Assembly (NCBI RefSeq): GCF_963921235.1
Contig: NC_086097.1
Coordinates: 120,840,001-120,904,000, forward strand
DNA length: 64,000 nucleotides
Direction: 5' to 3'
Origin: Mobula hypostoma
Lineage: Eukaryota
Of the stretch, positions 36,848 through 49,568 are shown piece after piece (within the stretch, counting starts at the first letter, position 1; each line of letters begins with the position of its first letter). The position numbers were made by a program, and so were the translations under genes. The notes beneath the pieces were generated by a model. That model had not been told where the DNA came from and did no database searches. It worked only from the letters and a program-made list of their open reading frames with translations.

Positions 36848-37282
36848 ACCTGAGCTATAGGAGAAAGCTAAATAGATTAGGACTTTATTCCTTGTAATGT
36901 TGGAGAATGAGCGGACATTTATTAGAGGTGTACAAATTATGAGGGATATAGATAGCAAGCTTTTTTTTCCACTGATGTTGGGTGAGACTGAAGCTGGAGG
37001 CCATGGGTTAAGGGTGAAAGGTGAAATGTTTAAGGGGAACATGAAGGGGAACTTCTTCACTCTAAGGGTGGTGAATGAGCTGCCAGCAGAAGTGGCATAT
37101 GCAGGGATGACTTTAATATTTAAAAGAAATTTGGATAGGCAAAATGGGTGGGATGGGTATGGAGGGCTATGGTACAGGTGCAGCTCAATAGGACCAGGCA
37201 GAATAATAATTTGGCAAGGACTAGATGGGCCGAAGAACCTGTTACTGTCCTGTAGTATTCTAAAACTCCATGACTCTATGCA
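36848..37282 (+). mobile_element. Degraded CR1 3' fragment
   Basis: ORF 36897..37286 GHGLRVKGEMFKGNMKGNFFTLRVVNELP. A second piece lies at 37593-37890 (TRGHSLRIEG..FFSQRVVNLWNSLP). Confidence 0.8.
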
Positions 37283-37927
37283 GTAAGTAGTCACACTTTT
37301 TTGAAGAAGGTGGGAAGAGTTGTTGGGCTTTATCACTAATCTGCTAGATGATATCTATCCCTCACTCAACTTTATTAAACATAATTATTTTGTTGTAAAA
37401 CATGCACAACTACTTGTCCTACTCTGGTTTTGAAATCTGGATTTTTTTTTACTTTAATATGTCTGATTTTAAATCTTTCCACCAATGAAAAGTATTCTTT
37501 CAGTTGCCCAGGCAACAGACTTTGCAATTCTTTCCCCATTCTCTCTGCTTCTCCATTTTCTTCCTTTCAGATGTTTCTTAAAAACCTTCCCCTTGAGAAG
37601 CTGTTTCCCACGGTGGAAGAGTCTAAGACCAGAGGACACAGCCTCAGAATAGAGGGGCATCCTTTTAGAATGGAAATGAGGAGGAATTTCTTTAGCCAGA
37701 GAGTGGTGAATCTGTGGAATTCTTTGCCACAGGCAGCTGTGGAGACCAAGTCTTTATGTATATTTAAGGAAGAGGTTGATAGGTTGATAGATACAGGAAG
37801 AAGGTAAGGAGATCAGGGCTAGGAGGAAAATTAGATCAGTCATGACGAAATGGAGAAGTAGACTCGTTGAGCCAAATGCCTAATTCTGCCTAACTGAACA
37901 TGAAAATATGGTTTTTGAAGCTTTACA

Positions 37928-39180
37928 ACACACACAAAATGCTGGAGGAACTCAGCAGGTCAGGCAGCATCTATGGAAAAAAGTACAGTCGACATTTCAG
38001 GCCGAAACTCTTCAACAGGACTGGAGAAAAAGATGAGGATTAGATTTGAAAGGTGTGGTGGGGAGGTAGCGAAGAGAGAAACGCCAGGTGATAGGTGAAA
38101 CTTGGAGAAGAAGGGATGAAGCAAAAAGCTAGGAAGTTGATTGGTGAAAGAGACAGAAAGCTATGGAAGGAAGAAGAAGGGGGAGAGGAGCGCCAGAGGG
38201 AGGCGATGGGCGGGCAAGGAGATAACATGAGAGAGGGAAAAGGGGATGGGAAATAGCGAAGGGTGGGTGGAGTGGAGGCATTACTGGAAGTTTGAGAAAT
38301 CAGTGCTGATGCCATCAGGTTGCAGGCTACCCAAACGGAATATAAGGTGTTGTTCCTCAAACCTAAGTATGGCCTTATCTCGACAGTGGTGGAGGCCATG
38401 GATGGGCATATCGGAATGGGAATGGGAAGTGGAATTAAAATGGATGGCCACTGAGAGATCCCGCTTGTTCTAGTGACAAAGTGTAGATGCTCGGCGAAGC
38501 GGTCTCCCAGTCTACATTGGGTCTCACCAATATACAAGAGGCCACACCGGGAGAACTAAACACAGTATATGACCCCAACAGACTCAGGTAAAGCATTGCC
38601 TCACCTGGAAGGACTGTTTGGAGCCCTGAATGATAGTGAGGGAGGAGGTGTCGGGACAGGTGAAGCACTTGTTCCACCTGTATGGATCAGTGCCAGGAGG
38701 GAGATCAGTTGGGAGGGAGGAATGGACAATGGAGTTGCATAGGAGCAATCCCTGCAGAAAGCAAAAAGCGGGGTGGAGGGAAAGATGTGTTTGGTGTTGG
38801 GATCCAGTTGGAGGTGGCAGAGGTTTTGGAGAATTATGTGCTGGTCACTTGCCTGCCCATCGCCTCCCTCTGGTGCTCCTCCCACACAACCCCCTTTCTT
38901 CTTTCTTCCACGGCCTTCTGTCTCTTTCATCAATCAACTTCCTAGCTCTTTGATTCGTCCCTTCCCCTCTTAGTTTCACCTATGGCCTGGCATTTCTCTC
39001 CCTTCCCCCTACCTTTCAAATCTACTCCTCAGCCTTTTTCTCCAGTCCTGCCGAAGGGTTTCAGCCCGAAACGTCAGCTGTACTTTTTTCCATAGATGCT
39101 GCCTGGCCTGCTGAGTTCCTCCAGTATTTTGTGTGTGTTGCTCGGATTTCCAGCACCTGCAAGGTTTCTCTTGTTTGTGA
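37928..39180. mobile_element. Fold-back PLE derivative (antisense EN plus pLTR joined to a sense pLTR), no RT
   Basis: Minus ORF 38040..38537 YIGETQCRLGDRFAEH. Inversion point at ~38845. Degenerate hammerheads at ~37985-38022 (-) and 39044-39080 (+). 14-bp TSD tttgaagc(t/a)ttaca at 37914-37927 and 39181-39194. Confidence 0.85.
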
Positions 39181-40888
39181 TTTGAAGCATTACACTTGTG
39201 TTACAAATAGTTTGCTTTTACCTAATCAATAACAAGGAACTCAAATTAGGAAATATTCAAAAGAAAACTTCATTCACAAATTCCTTTCTAGGCAGGCATG
39301 CTAATTGCTAGACACAAACACGAGGAAATCTGCAGATGCTGGAATTTCAAGCAATACATATAAAAGTTGCTGATGAACACAGCAGGCCAGGCAGCATCTC
39401 TAGGAAGAGGTACAGTCAACGTTTTGAGCCGAGACCCTTCTTCAGGACTAACTGAAAGAAGAGATAGTAAGAGATTTGAAAGTGGGAGGAGGAGGGGGAG
39501 GTCCAGAAAAGACAGGAGGGGGAAGGATGGAGCCAAGAGCTGGACAGGTGATTGGCAAAAGGTATATGAGAGGATCGTGGGACAGGAGGCCTAGGGAGAA
39601 AGAAAAGGGGGAGGGGGAAGCCCAGAAGATGGACAAGGGGTATAGTGAGAGGGAGAGAGGGAGAAAAAGGAGAGAGAGAAAAAGAATGTGTATATATAAA
39701 TAAATAAATAACTGATGGGGTACGAGGGGAAGGTGGGGCATTAGCAAAAGTTTGAGAAGTCAATGTTCATGCCATCAGGTTGGAGGCTACCCAGACGGAA
39801 TATAAGGTGTTGTTCCTCCAACCTGAGTGTGGCTTCATCTTTACAGTAGAGGAGGCCGTGGATAGACATGTCAGAATGGGAATGGGATGTGGAATTAAAA
39901 TATATGACCACTGAGAGATCCTGCTTTCTCTGGCGGACAGAGCGTAGATGTTCGGTGAAACGATCTCCCAGTCCGTGACGGGTCCCGCCAATATATAAAA
40001 GGCCACATCGGGAGCACCAGACGCAGTATATCACCCCAGCCGACTCACAGGTGAAGTGTTGCCTCACCTGGAAGGACTGTCTGGGGCCCTGAATGGTAGT
40101 GAGGGAGGAAGTGTAAGGGCATGTGTACCACTTGTTCCGTATACAACAGGAATTCTGCAGATGCTGGAAATTCAAGCAACACACATCAAAGTTGCTGGTG
40201 AACGCAGCAGGCCAGGCAGCATCTCTAGGAAGAGGCACAGTCGACGTTTCAGGCCGAGACCCTTTGTCGGGACTAACCGAAGGAAGAGTTAGTAAGAGAT
40301 TTAAAAGTGGGAGGGGGAGGAAGAGATCCAAAATGATAGGAGAAGACAGGAGGGGGAGGGATGGAGCCAAGAGCTGGACAGGTGATTGGCAAAGGGGATA
40401 TGAGCGGATAATGGGACAGGAGGTCCAGGGAGAAAGACAAGGTGGGGGAGAAACCCAGAGGATGGGCAAGGGGTATAGTCAGAGGGACAGAGGGAGAAAA
40501 AGGAGAGTGCGAGAAAGATGCATGTATAAAAATAATTAATGGATGGGGTACGAGGGGGAGGTGGGGCATCAGCGGAAGTTAGAGAAGTCGATGTTCATGC
40601 CACCAGGTTAGAGGCTACCCAGATGGAATATAAGGTGTTGTTCCTCCAACCTGAGTATGGCTTCATCTTTACAGTAGAGGAGGCCGTGGATAGACATGTC
40701 AGAATGGGAATGGGATGTGGAATTAAAATGTGTGACCACTGGGAGATCCTGCTTTCTCTGGTGGACAGAGTGTAGGTGTTCGGCAAAGCGGTCTCCCAGT
40801 CTGCGTCGGGTCTCGCCAATATATAGAAGGCCACATCAGGAGCACCGGACGCAGTATATCACCCCAGTCGACTCAGACGTGAAGTGTC

Positions 40889-42717
40889 GCCCTCCCTCCG
40901 CACTAATCCTAACCTTATTATTAAACCCGCCAATAAGGGGGGGTGCTGTTGTAGTCTGGCGTACTGACCTCTACCTTGCCGAGGCACAGCGACAACTCAC
41001 AGATACCTCCTCTTACTTACTCCTCGATCGTGACCTCACTAAGGAGCACCAGGCCATTGTCTCCCACACCATCACCAACTTCATCCGCTCAGGGGATCTC
41101 CCATCCACTGCTACCAACCTTATAGTTCCCACACCTCACACTTCCCATTTCTACCTCCTACCCAAGATCCACAAACCTGCCTGTCCTGGCAGACCTATTG
41201 TCTCAGCTTGCTCCTGCCCCACCGAACTCGTTTCTGCATACCTTGACACGGTTTTATCCCCCCTTGTTCAATCCCTTCCTACCTATGTTCGTGACACTTT
41301 TCGCGCTCTTAAACTTTTCGATGATTTTAAGTCCCCTGGCCCCCACCGCTTTATTTTCACCAGGGATGTCCAGTCCCTATATACTTCCATCCCCCATCAG
41401 GAAGGTCTCCAAGCTCTCCGCTTCTTCTTGGATTCCAGACCTAATCAGTTCCCCTCTACCACCACTGTGCTCCGCCTAGCGGAATTAGTCCTTACTCTTA
41501 ATAATTTCTCCTTTGGGTCCTCCCAATTCTTCCAAACTAAAGGTGTAGCTATGGGCACCCATATGGGTCCTAGCTATGCCTGCCATTTTGTTGGCTTCGT
41601 GGAACAATCTATGTTCCGTGCCTATTCTGGTATCTGTCCCCTACTTTTCCTTTGCTACATCAACGACTGCATTGGCGCTGCTTCCTGCACGCGTGCTGAG
41701 CTCGTTGACTTTATTAACTTTGCCTCCAACTTTCACCCTGCCCTCAAGTATACCTGGTCCATTTCCGACACCTCCCTCCCCTTTCTAGATCTTTCTGTCT
41801 CTGTCTCTGGAGACAGCTTATCCGCTGATGTCTACTATAAGCCTACTGACTCTCACAGCTATCTGGACTATTCCTCTTCTCACCCTGTCTCTTGCAAAAA
41901 TGCCATCCCCTTCTCGCAATTCCTCCGTCTCCGCCGCATCTGCTCTCAGGATGAGGCTTTTCAATCCAGGACAAGGGAGATGTCCTCCTTTTAAAGAAAG
42001 GGGCTTCCCTTCCTCCACCATCAACTCTGCTGTCAAACGTATCTCCCCCATTTCACGCACATCTGCTCTCACTCCATCCTCCCGCCACCCCACTAGGAAT
42101 AAGGTTCCCCTGGTCCTCACCTACCACCCCACCAGCCTCCGGGTCCAACATATTATTCTCCGTAACTTCCGCCACCTCCAACGGGATCCCACCGCTAAGC
42201 ACATCTTTCCCTCCCCCCCCCTGCTTTCCGCAGGAATCGCTCCCTACGCGACTCCCTTGTCCATTCGTCCTCCCCATCCCTCCCCACTGATCTCCCTCCT
42301 GGCACTTATCCTTGTAAGCGGAACAAGTGCTACACATGCCCTTACACTTCCTCCCTTACCACCATTCAGGGCCCCAGACAGCCCTTCCAGGTGAGGCAAC
42401 ACTTCACCTGTGAGTCAACTGGGGTGATATACTGCATCCGGTGCTCCCAATATGGCCTTCTATATATTGGCGAGACCCGACACAGTCTGGGAGATCGTTT
42501 TGCTGAACACCTACGCTCTGTCCGCCAGAGAAAGCAGAATCTCCCAGTGGCCACACATTTTAATTCCACATCCCATTCCCATTCTGACATGTCTATCCAC
42601 GGCCTCCTCTACTGTAAAGATGAAGCCACACTCAGGTTGGAGGAACAACATCTTATATTCCATCTGGGTAGCCTCCAACCTGATGGCATGAACATTGACT
42701 TCTCAAACTTGTGTTAA
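40889..42717 (+). pseudogene. PLE RT plus GIY-YIG endonuclease, frameshifted
   Basis: Same motifs as copy 1, including CYINDC and the frameshift after MSSF. There is an additional frameshift near 42220. GIY-YIG: GVIYCIRC..LYIGET. Confidence 0.92.
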
Positions 42718-43027
42718 TGCCCCACCTCCCCCTCGTACCCCACCTGTTATTTATTTATTTATTTATTATACACACATTCTTTTTCTCTCTCTCCTTTCTC
42801 TCCCTCTGTCCCTCTCACTATACCCCTTGCCCATCCTCTGGGCATTTTCCCCCTCTCCGCCTTTTCTTTCTCCCTAGGCCTCCTGTCCCATGATCCTCTC
42901 ATATCCCTTTTGCCAATCAACTGTCCTGCTCTTGGCTCCATCCCTCCCCCTCCTGTCTTCTCCTATCATTTTGGATCTCCTCCTCCCCCTCCCACTTTCA
43001 AATCTCTTACTAACTCTTCCTTCAGTT

Positions 43028-43064
43028 AGTCCTGACGAAGGGTCTCGGCCCGAAACGTCGACTG
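43028..43064 (+). ncRNA. Minimal type I hammerhead ribozyme, intact
   Basis: AGUC CUGACGA A GGGUCUCGGCCC GAAAC GUC GACUG. Predicted cleavage after 43059. Confidence 0.82.
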
Positions 43065-43431
43065 TACCTCTTCCTAGAGATACTGCCTGGCCTGCTGCGT
43101 TCACCAGCAACTTTTATGTGTGATGCTAATTGTTAGAGTGAGTTTTTGGGCAGACGATTCATTTACACCTAAATGACTCTGGCCACCAGCCTTCTATTTG
43201 ACAAAGTACTGCGGATTGAGTTCAAAACAATGCATTTCCTAAAAGCTGTGAATATCGGAATACTAGCCAGACACTGCGGATGGAAGTGTGAAGTTTACAA
43301 GTAGCTTCGATGACAGTATTATCTATACTTCATAGATATGAATTGTCTTCTATGTTAGCATGTAAAATACCAAATAAATGTTTTGTGGATTTAACTTGCA
43401 TTCCTAAAGGCAGTGGATACCAACCCAGACA

Positions 43432-43711
43432 TGTTGGTGTCGGAAGGAAAGGATGAAGTCAGTCGGTGTGATGTTTTGTATGTAGCTTTGAAAGGAAGCA
43501 TTGTCTATGCATTGTCTATAACTTTGTAAATAGCGATTGCCTTTGTGTTTAGCATATATAAATATCGAGCCCACATTGAGCTAGCAGACCTTTCTACTGA
43601 AAGTGTCTCCGTCCGTATGATGCATGCTGTACCTCGTTGTGTCAAATAAAGAAGCTGCTTTGTATCTACCAGTAACTCTATCTCTCCAGTGATTTCATCC
43701 ACGCTACAACA
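43432..43711 (+). mobile_element. Probable solo LTR
   Basis: TGTTG...CAACA termini, TATA-like tatataaat near 43555 and AATAAA near 43645. No TSD found. Confidence 0.5.
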
Positions 43712-44437
43712 CTAATGACCTAATAATCAGATCACCAGCTAAACCTAAGATGTCTGGTGATAAGGGAACGTCCTGAGTTAAGATCCCACCAAGGCAGCAG
43801 GTGAACCTCGGTACCAGGGCACCAGAGTAACTTAGTGGTCAGCACGATGCTATTACCACTCGGGGCAATCAGGAGTTCAGAGTTCATTCTGTACGTCCTC
43901 CCCGTGGAATGTGTCGGCTTGCCCCGGGTACTCCGGTTTCTTTCCATAATCCAAAGATGTACTGGGTAGTTTAACAGGTCATTGGAAATTATCCCATAAT
44001 TATGTTAGGGTTAATTGGGTTTGTCGGGGCTTGCTGGGGCAGCATGGCTCAAAGGGCCAGAAGGGCCGACTGTGCACTGTATTGCTAAATAAATACATCA
44101 AATACACATTCTTTCAATCAGTTTGGTACAAAACGTAGACATAAGCCACAAATATAATCCAATCATACCTTTACAGATTGTTTGATCAATACAACAAAAC
44201 GTGATAGATTGTTGTACTTTATGCATTATCTTAAATTTCTTCCAAAGTTATTGCCCATTAACAGTTAAAGATTAGCTTTATTTGTCAGATGTACATACAA
44301 TGAAATGCGTCGTTTGTGTCAAATAAAATTAATTCAGTGATGATTGTGCTGGACAACCCACATGCATCACCACACATCTGGTACCAACATGCTCACAACT
44401 TACTAACCTTAACCATACATCTTTGGAATGTGGAAGG

Positions 44438-45294
44438 TGTGACAAGAATACACATAGATTAAGATGTTAGCTGTCCTGTGCTGGCACCAGTGGAACCAGC
44501 AGTTAGTCTGCCACCTGACTTCAGGAGAGAGAGAGATAAGGAAAACAATGGAGCAGCATTTGGAGATGTGTAATGAAGGGACGGGAGAGAGAGTAACAGA
44601 AAGAGAGCTGTCAAGATCGGCCCCCCTTTGAACCCTGAACTGTTTGAAGTGATGGACAGGCAATACCCCAGCAGGGGGATAAAAAGGGACAGGGTCGCTA
44701 AGGCAGGACACACACGACACCCGAGGTAACAAGACCCTGGAAGCGGTGCGTCTCTCACAAGTCGGTGGGAAGTACCGGGCCATAAACGCACAGGGTGGAA
44801 AGGCACGATCGGCGAGAACCTGGTGTGTGTCCACCCTTGCCTGGGTGCCAGGTTCAGCGCTGGGAAACGATCGTATCTGGAAACGGAGAGGTCACGGTTG
44901 GTGACCTCAGATGACATCACAAAGGACTCGCCCGAAAGCTGACTGAGAAGGTCTGTCTGGAAACCTTGAATATTCATTCGTTTTGCTCTCTCTCTCCTCC
45001 CCCGCCCCACTATCCATCGCCATGGCAGTGATTACTGCGAACTGAACTGAACTTTGCGTCACTTTGAAACTGGTCATTTACCCCTAGACAACGATAGAGC
45101 TTGATTAATCCTGTTATCTTAATTCTGTGTACATGTGTGTTTATCATTGCTGAACTGTTGCATTTATTATCCTTTTGATTAGAGTACTGTGTTGCTTGTT
45201 TCTTTAATAAAACTTTCTTAGTTCTAGTAATCCAGACTCCAACTGAGTGATCCATTTCTGCTGGTTTGGCAACCCAGTTACGGGGTATGTAACA
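44438..45294 (+). mobile_element. Solo LTR (857 bp) inserted in a V-SINE
   Basis: TGTGACA...TGTAACA termini. 4-bp TSD AAGG at 44434-44437 and 45295-45298. TATA-like gataaaa near 44678 and AATAAA near 45206. The SINE V-domain is split on either side. Confidence 0.88.
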
Positions 45295-45651
45295 AAGGAA
45301 ACCGGAGCACCTGGAGGAAACCCACTCGGTCACTGGGAGAGCTCCTTTCAGACGCCGGTGGGAATCGAACGCGCTTCTTATAACTGCACTAACGCTTCAC
45401 CACTTTGTCAAGCACCTCCACTCTGTCCGGCAAAAGCAGAATTCCCAGTGGCCAACCATTTTAATTCAAATTCCTATTCCTGTTCCAACATGTCAGTCCA
45501 TGGCCTCTTGTACCAAGACGAGGCCACCCTCAAGGTGGAGGAGCAACATAAGACCATGAGACCGTAAGACAAAGGAGCAGAAGTAGGCCATTCAGCCCAT
45601 CGAGTCTGCTCCGCCATTTTATCATGAGCTGATCCATTCCCCTATTTAGTC

Positions 45652-48564
45652 CTACTCCCCCGCCTTCTCACCATAATCTTTGATGCCCTGGCTACTCAGA
45701 TACCTATCAATCTCTGCCTTAAATACACCCAATGACTTGGCCTCCACTGCTGCCCATGGCAACAAATTCCATAGATTCACCACCCTCTGACGAAAAAAAT
45801 TTCTTTGCATTTCTGTTCTGAATGGGCGCCCTTCAATCCTTAAGTCATGCCCTCTCGTACTAGACTCCCCCATCATGGGAAACAACTTTGCCACATCCAC
45901 TCTGTCCATGCCTTTTAACATTCGAAATGTTTCTATGAGGTCTCCTCTCATTCTTCTAAACTCCAAGGAATACAGTCCAAGAGCGGACAAACGTTCCTCA
46001 TATGTTAACCCTCTCATTCCCGGAATCATTCTAGTGAATCTCCTCTGTACCCTCTCCAAATTCAGCACATCTTTTCTTAAATAAGGAGACTAAAACTGCC
46101 CACAGTACTCCAAGTGAGGTCTCACCAGCGCCTTATAAAGCCTCAACATCACATCCCTGCTCCTATACTCTATTCCTCTAGAAATGAATGCCAACATTGC
46201 ATTTGCCTTCTTCACTACTGACTCAACCTGGAGGTTAACTTTAAGGGTATCCTGTACGAGGACTCCCAAGTCCCGTTACATCTCAGGATTTTGAATTCTT
46301 TCCCAATTTAAATAATAGTCTGCCCATTTATTTTTTCTACCAAAGTGCATAACCATACACTTTCCAACATTGTACTTCATTTGCCACTTCTCTGCCCATT
46401 CTTCCAATCTATCCAAGTCTCTCTGCAGACTCTTCGTTTCCTCAGCACTACCGGCCCCTCCACCTATCTTCATATCGTCAGCAAACTTAGCCACAAAGCC
46501 ACCTATTCCATAATCCAAATCGTTGATGTACAATGTAAAAAGAAGCGGCCCCAACACTGATCCCTGTGGAAAACCACTGGTAACCGGCAGCCAACCAGAA
46601 TAGGATCCCTTTATCCCCACTCTCTGTTTCCTGCCAATCAGCCAACGCTCTATCCACGTATGTAACTTTCCCGTAATTCCATGGGCTCTTATCTTGTTAA
46701 GTAGCCTCATGTGTGACACCTTGTCAAAGGCCTTCTGAAAATCCAAATATACAGCATTCACTGCATCTCCCTTGTCTAGCCTACTGGTAATTTCCTCAAA
46801 AAATTGTAATAGGTTTGTCTGGCAAGATTTTCCTTTAAGGAATCCATATTGAGTTCTGCTTATCTTGACATATGCCTCCAGGTACTCTGTAACCTCATCC
46901 TTGACAATCGACTCCAACAACTTCCCAACCACCGATGTCAAGCTAACAGGTATATAATTTCCTTTTTGCTTCCTTGCCCCCTTCTTAAATAGCGGAGTGA
47001 CATTTGCAATCTTCCAGTCTTCCGGAACCATGCCAGAATCTATCGACTTTTGTAAGATCATCGCTAATGCCTCCGCAATCTCCACAGCTACTTCCTTCAG
47101 AACACGCGGGTGTATTCCATCTGGTCCAGGAGATTTATCTACCTTTAGCCTATTCAGCTTCCTGAGTACTTTCTCTGTCGTAATTGTGACTGTGCACACT
47201 TCTCTTCCCTGCCACCCTTGAGTGTCCCGTATACTGCTGATGTCTTCCTCAGTGAAGACTGATGCAAAATACTCGTTCAGTTCCTCTGCCATCTCCGTAT
47301 CTCCCATTACAATTTCTCCAGCATCATTTTCTATCGGTCCTATATCTACTCTCACCTGTCTTTTACTCTTTATATACTTGAAAAAGCTTTTAGTATCCTC
47401 TTTGATATTATTTGCTAGCTTCCTTTCATAGTTAATCTATTCTCTCTTAATGAGCTTCTTGGTTTCCTTTTGTAAGGTTTTAAAAACTTCCCAATCCTCT
47501 GTCTTCCCACTAATTTTTGCTTCCTTGTATGCCCTCTCTTTAGCTTTAACTTTGGCTTTGACTTCTTTTGTCAACCATGGTTGCATCCTTTCTCCACTCA
47601 AAAATTTCTTCCTTTTTGGAATATATCTGTCTTGCACATTCCTCATTTCTCGCATAAACTCCAGCCACTGCTGCTCTGCTGTCTTTCCCGCCAGTGTCCC
47701 TTTCCGGTCAACTTTGGCCAGTTCCTCTCTCAGGCCACTGTAATTTCCTTTACTCCACTGAAATACCGACACATCAGATTTCGGCTTCTCTTTTACTAAT
47801 TTCACAGTGAACTCAATCATGTTATGATCACTGCCTCCTAAGGGTTCCTTCACATCAATCTCTCTAATCACCTCCAGTTCATTACACAATACCCAATCCA
47901 GCACAGCTGATCCCCTAGTGGGCTCAACAACAAGCTGTTCTAAAAAGCCATCTCGCAGACATTCTACAAATTCTCTCTCTTGAGATCCAGTGCTGACCTA
48001 ATTTTCCCAATCTACTCGCATGTTAAAATCCCCCACAATTATCATAATGCTGCCCTTCTGACAAGCCTTTTCTATTTCCAGTTGTAATTTGTAGTCCACA
48101 TCACTGCAGCTGTTTGGAGGCCTATAAATAACTGCCATCAGGGTCCTTTTACCCCTGCGATTTCTTAGCTCAACCCATAAAGATTCTGCACCTTCCGATC
48201 CTATATCACCTCTTTCTAATGATTTAATATTATTTCTTACCAATAAAGCCACGCCTCCCCCTCTGCCTACCTTCCTATCCTTCCGATACACCGTGTATCC
48301 TTGGACGTTCAGCTCCCAGAGACATGCATCCTTTAGCCATGTCTCAGTGATGGCCACAATATCATACCTGCCAATCTGTAGCTGTACAACAAGATCATCC
48401 ACCTTATTCCTTATGCTGCGTGCATTTAAGTAAAATGCCTTAAGACCAGTATTTGATACTTTTTGCTTTGATTTCACTGCAACTTTATTGCACTGCAACT
48501 CATCCCAATGGCTACAAATTTGCCCCATCACCTGCCTGTCTTTCTTGACATCTTTACTGCTCAC
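45652..48564 (-). pseudogene. CR1 ORF2 (APE plus RT), disrupted
   Basis: [53 protein letters not shown] and KFADD across ORFs 47998..48564, 47437..47904, 46276..47355 and 45652..46068. Confidence 0.92.
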
Positions 48565-48632
48565 TATCTTAGATTTATTTCTGTTTTCCCCTTCCTCCGC
48601 TCTATCATTCCGGTTCCCATCCCCCTGCCAAA

Positions 48633-49568
48633 TTAGTTTAAACCCTCCCTAACAGCTCTATTAAACTTTCCCGCCAAGATATTGGTCCCCTTCGGGTTCA
48701 GGTGTAACCTGTCCTTTTTGAACAGGTCATACTTCCCCCAGAAGAGATCCCAATTATCCAAGAATCTGAAGCCCTGCCCCCTACACCAGTCTCTCAGCCA
48801 CACATTCATCTGCTTGATCCAACTATTCTTGCCCTCGCTAGCACGTGGCACAGGTAGCAATCCCGAGATTACTACCCTGGAGGTCCTGCTTCTCAGCTTC
48901 CTTCCTAACTCCTGGAAATCTCTCTTCAGGACCTCCTCCTTTGTCCTATCTATGTCATTGGTACCAACATGTACCAAGACAACTGGCTGCTCACCCTCCC
49001 CCTTTAGAATATTCAGGACCTGATCTGAGACATCCCGTACCCTGGCACCTGGGAGGCAACACACCATGCGGGTATCTCTGTCAGGCTCACAGAATCTCCT
49101 GTCTGTTCCCCTGACTATGGAATCCCCTATGACTACCGCATTTCTCTTCTCCCTCCTTCTCTCTTGCAAAACAGCGCCAGGCTCAGTGCCAGAGACCCGG
49201 TCACCGTGGGCATCCCCTGTCAGGTCATCCCCCCTCAACAGCATCCAGAACAAGATATTTGTTGCTGAGGGGGTCAGCCACAAGTGTGCTCTCCACTATC
49301 GGGGCATTTCCCTTCCCTCTCTTGACAGTGACCCAATGTTCTGACTCCTGTAGCCTAGGGATGACTACCTCCCTGTAGCTCCTGTCTATCACCTCCTCAC
49401 TTTCCCCGATAAGCAGTAGGTCATCAAGCTGCAGCTGCAGATCCCTAACACGGTCTCTGAGGAGCTGCATCTCGGTGCACCTGGCGCAGATGTGGCCATC
49501 AGGGAGGCTGGAGGTCTCCCAGGATTCCCACATCTGACATCCTGAACAAAGCACTAACCCTGCAGGCA
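48633..49568 (-). pseudogene. CR1 ORF1 (zinc finger plus SGNH esterase), frameshifted
   Basis: CSGCQMW..CARCTEMQLL, VVIGDSIVRG, HVGTND, DRLHLN. Confidence 0.9.

Larger units (their letters stand above)
39313..43122 (+). mobile_element. Penelope-like composite, copy 2, same architecture as 7170-10934
   Basis: ORFs 39741..40469 (-) and 40696..41994 (+) are nearly identical to 7532..8260 and 8487..9785. 15-bp TSD atgctaattg(c/t)taga at 39298-39312 and 43123-43137. Confidence 0.93.

Noticed and set aside
7170..43122. Segmental duplication explaining the two PLE copies
   Set aside because: The flanks are unrelated and each copy has its own TSD.
44409..45333. ORFs of 107-183 aa on the minus strand
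   Set aside because: They lie within a solo LTR and have no recognisable motifs.
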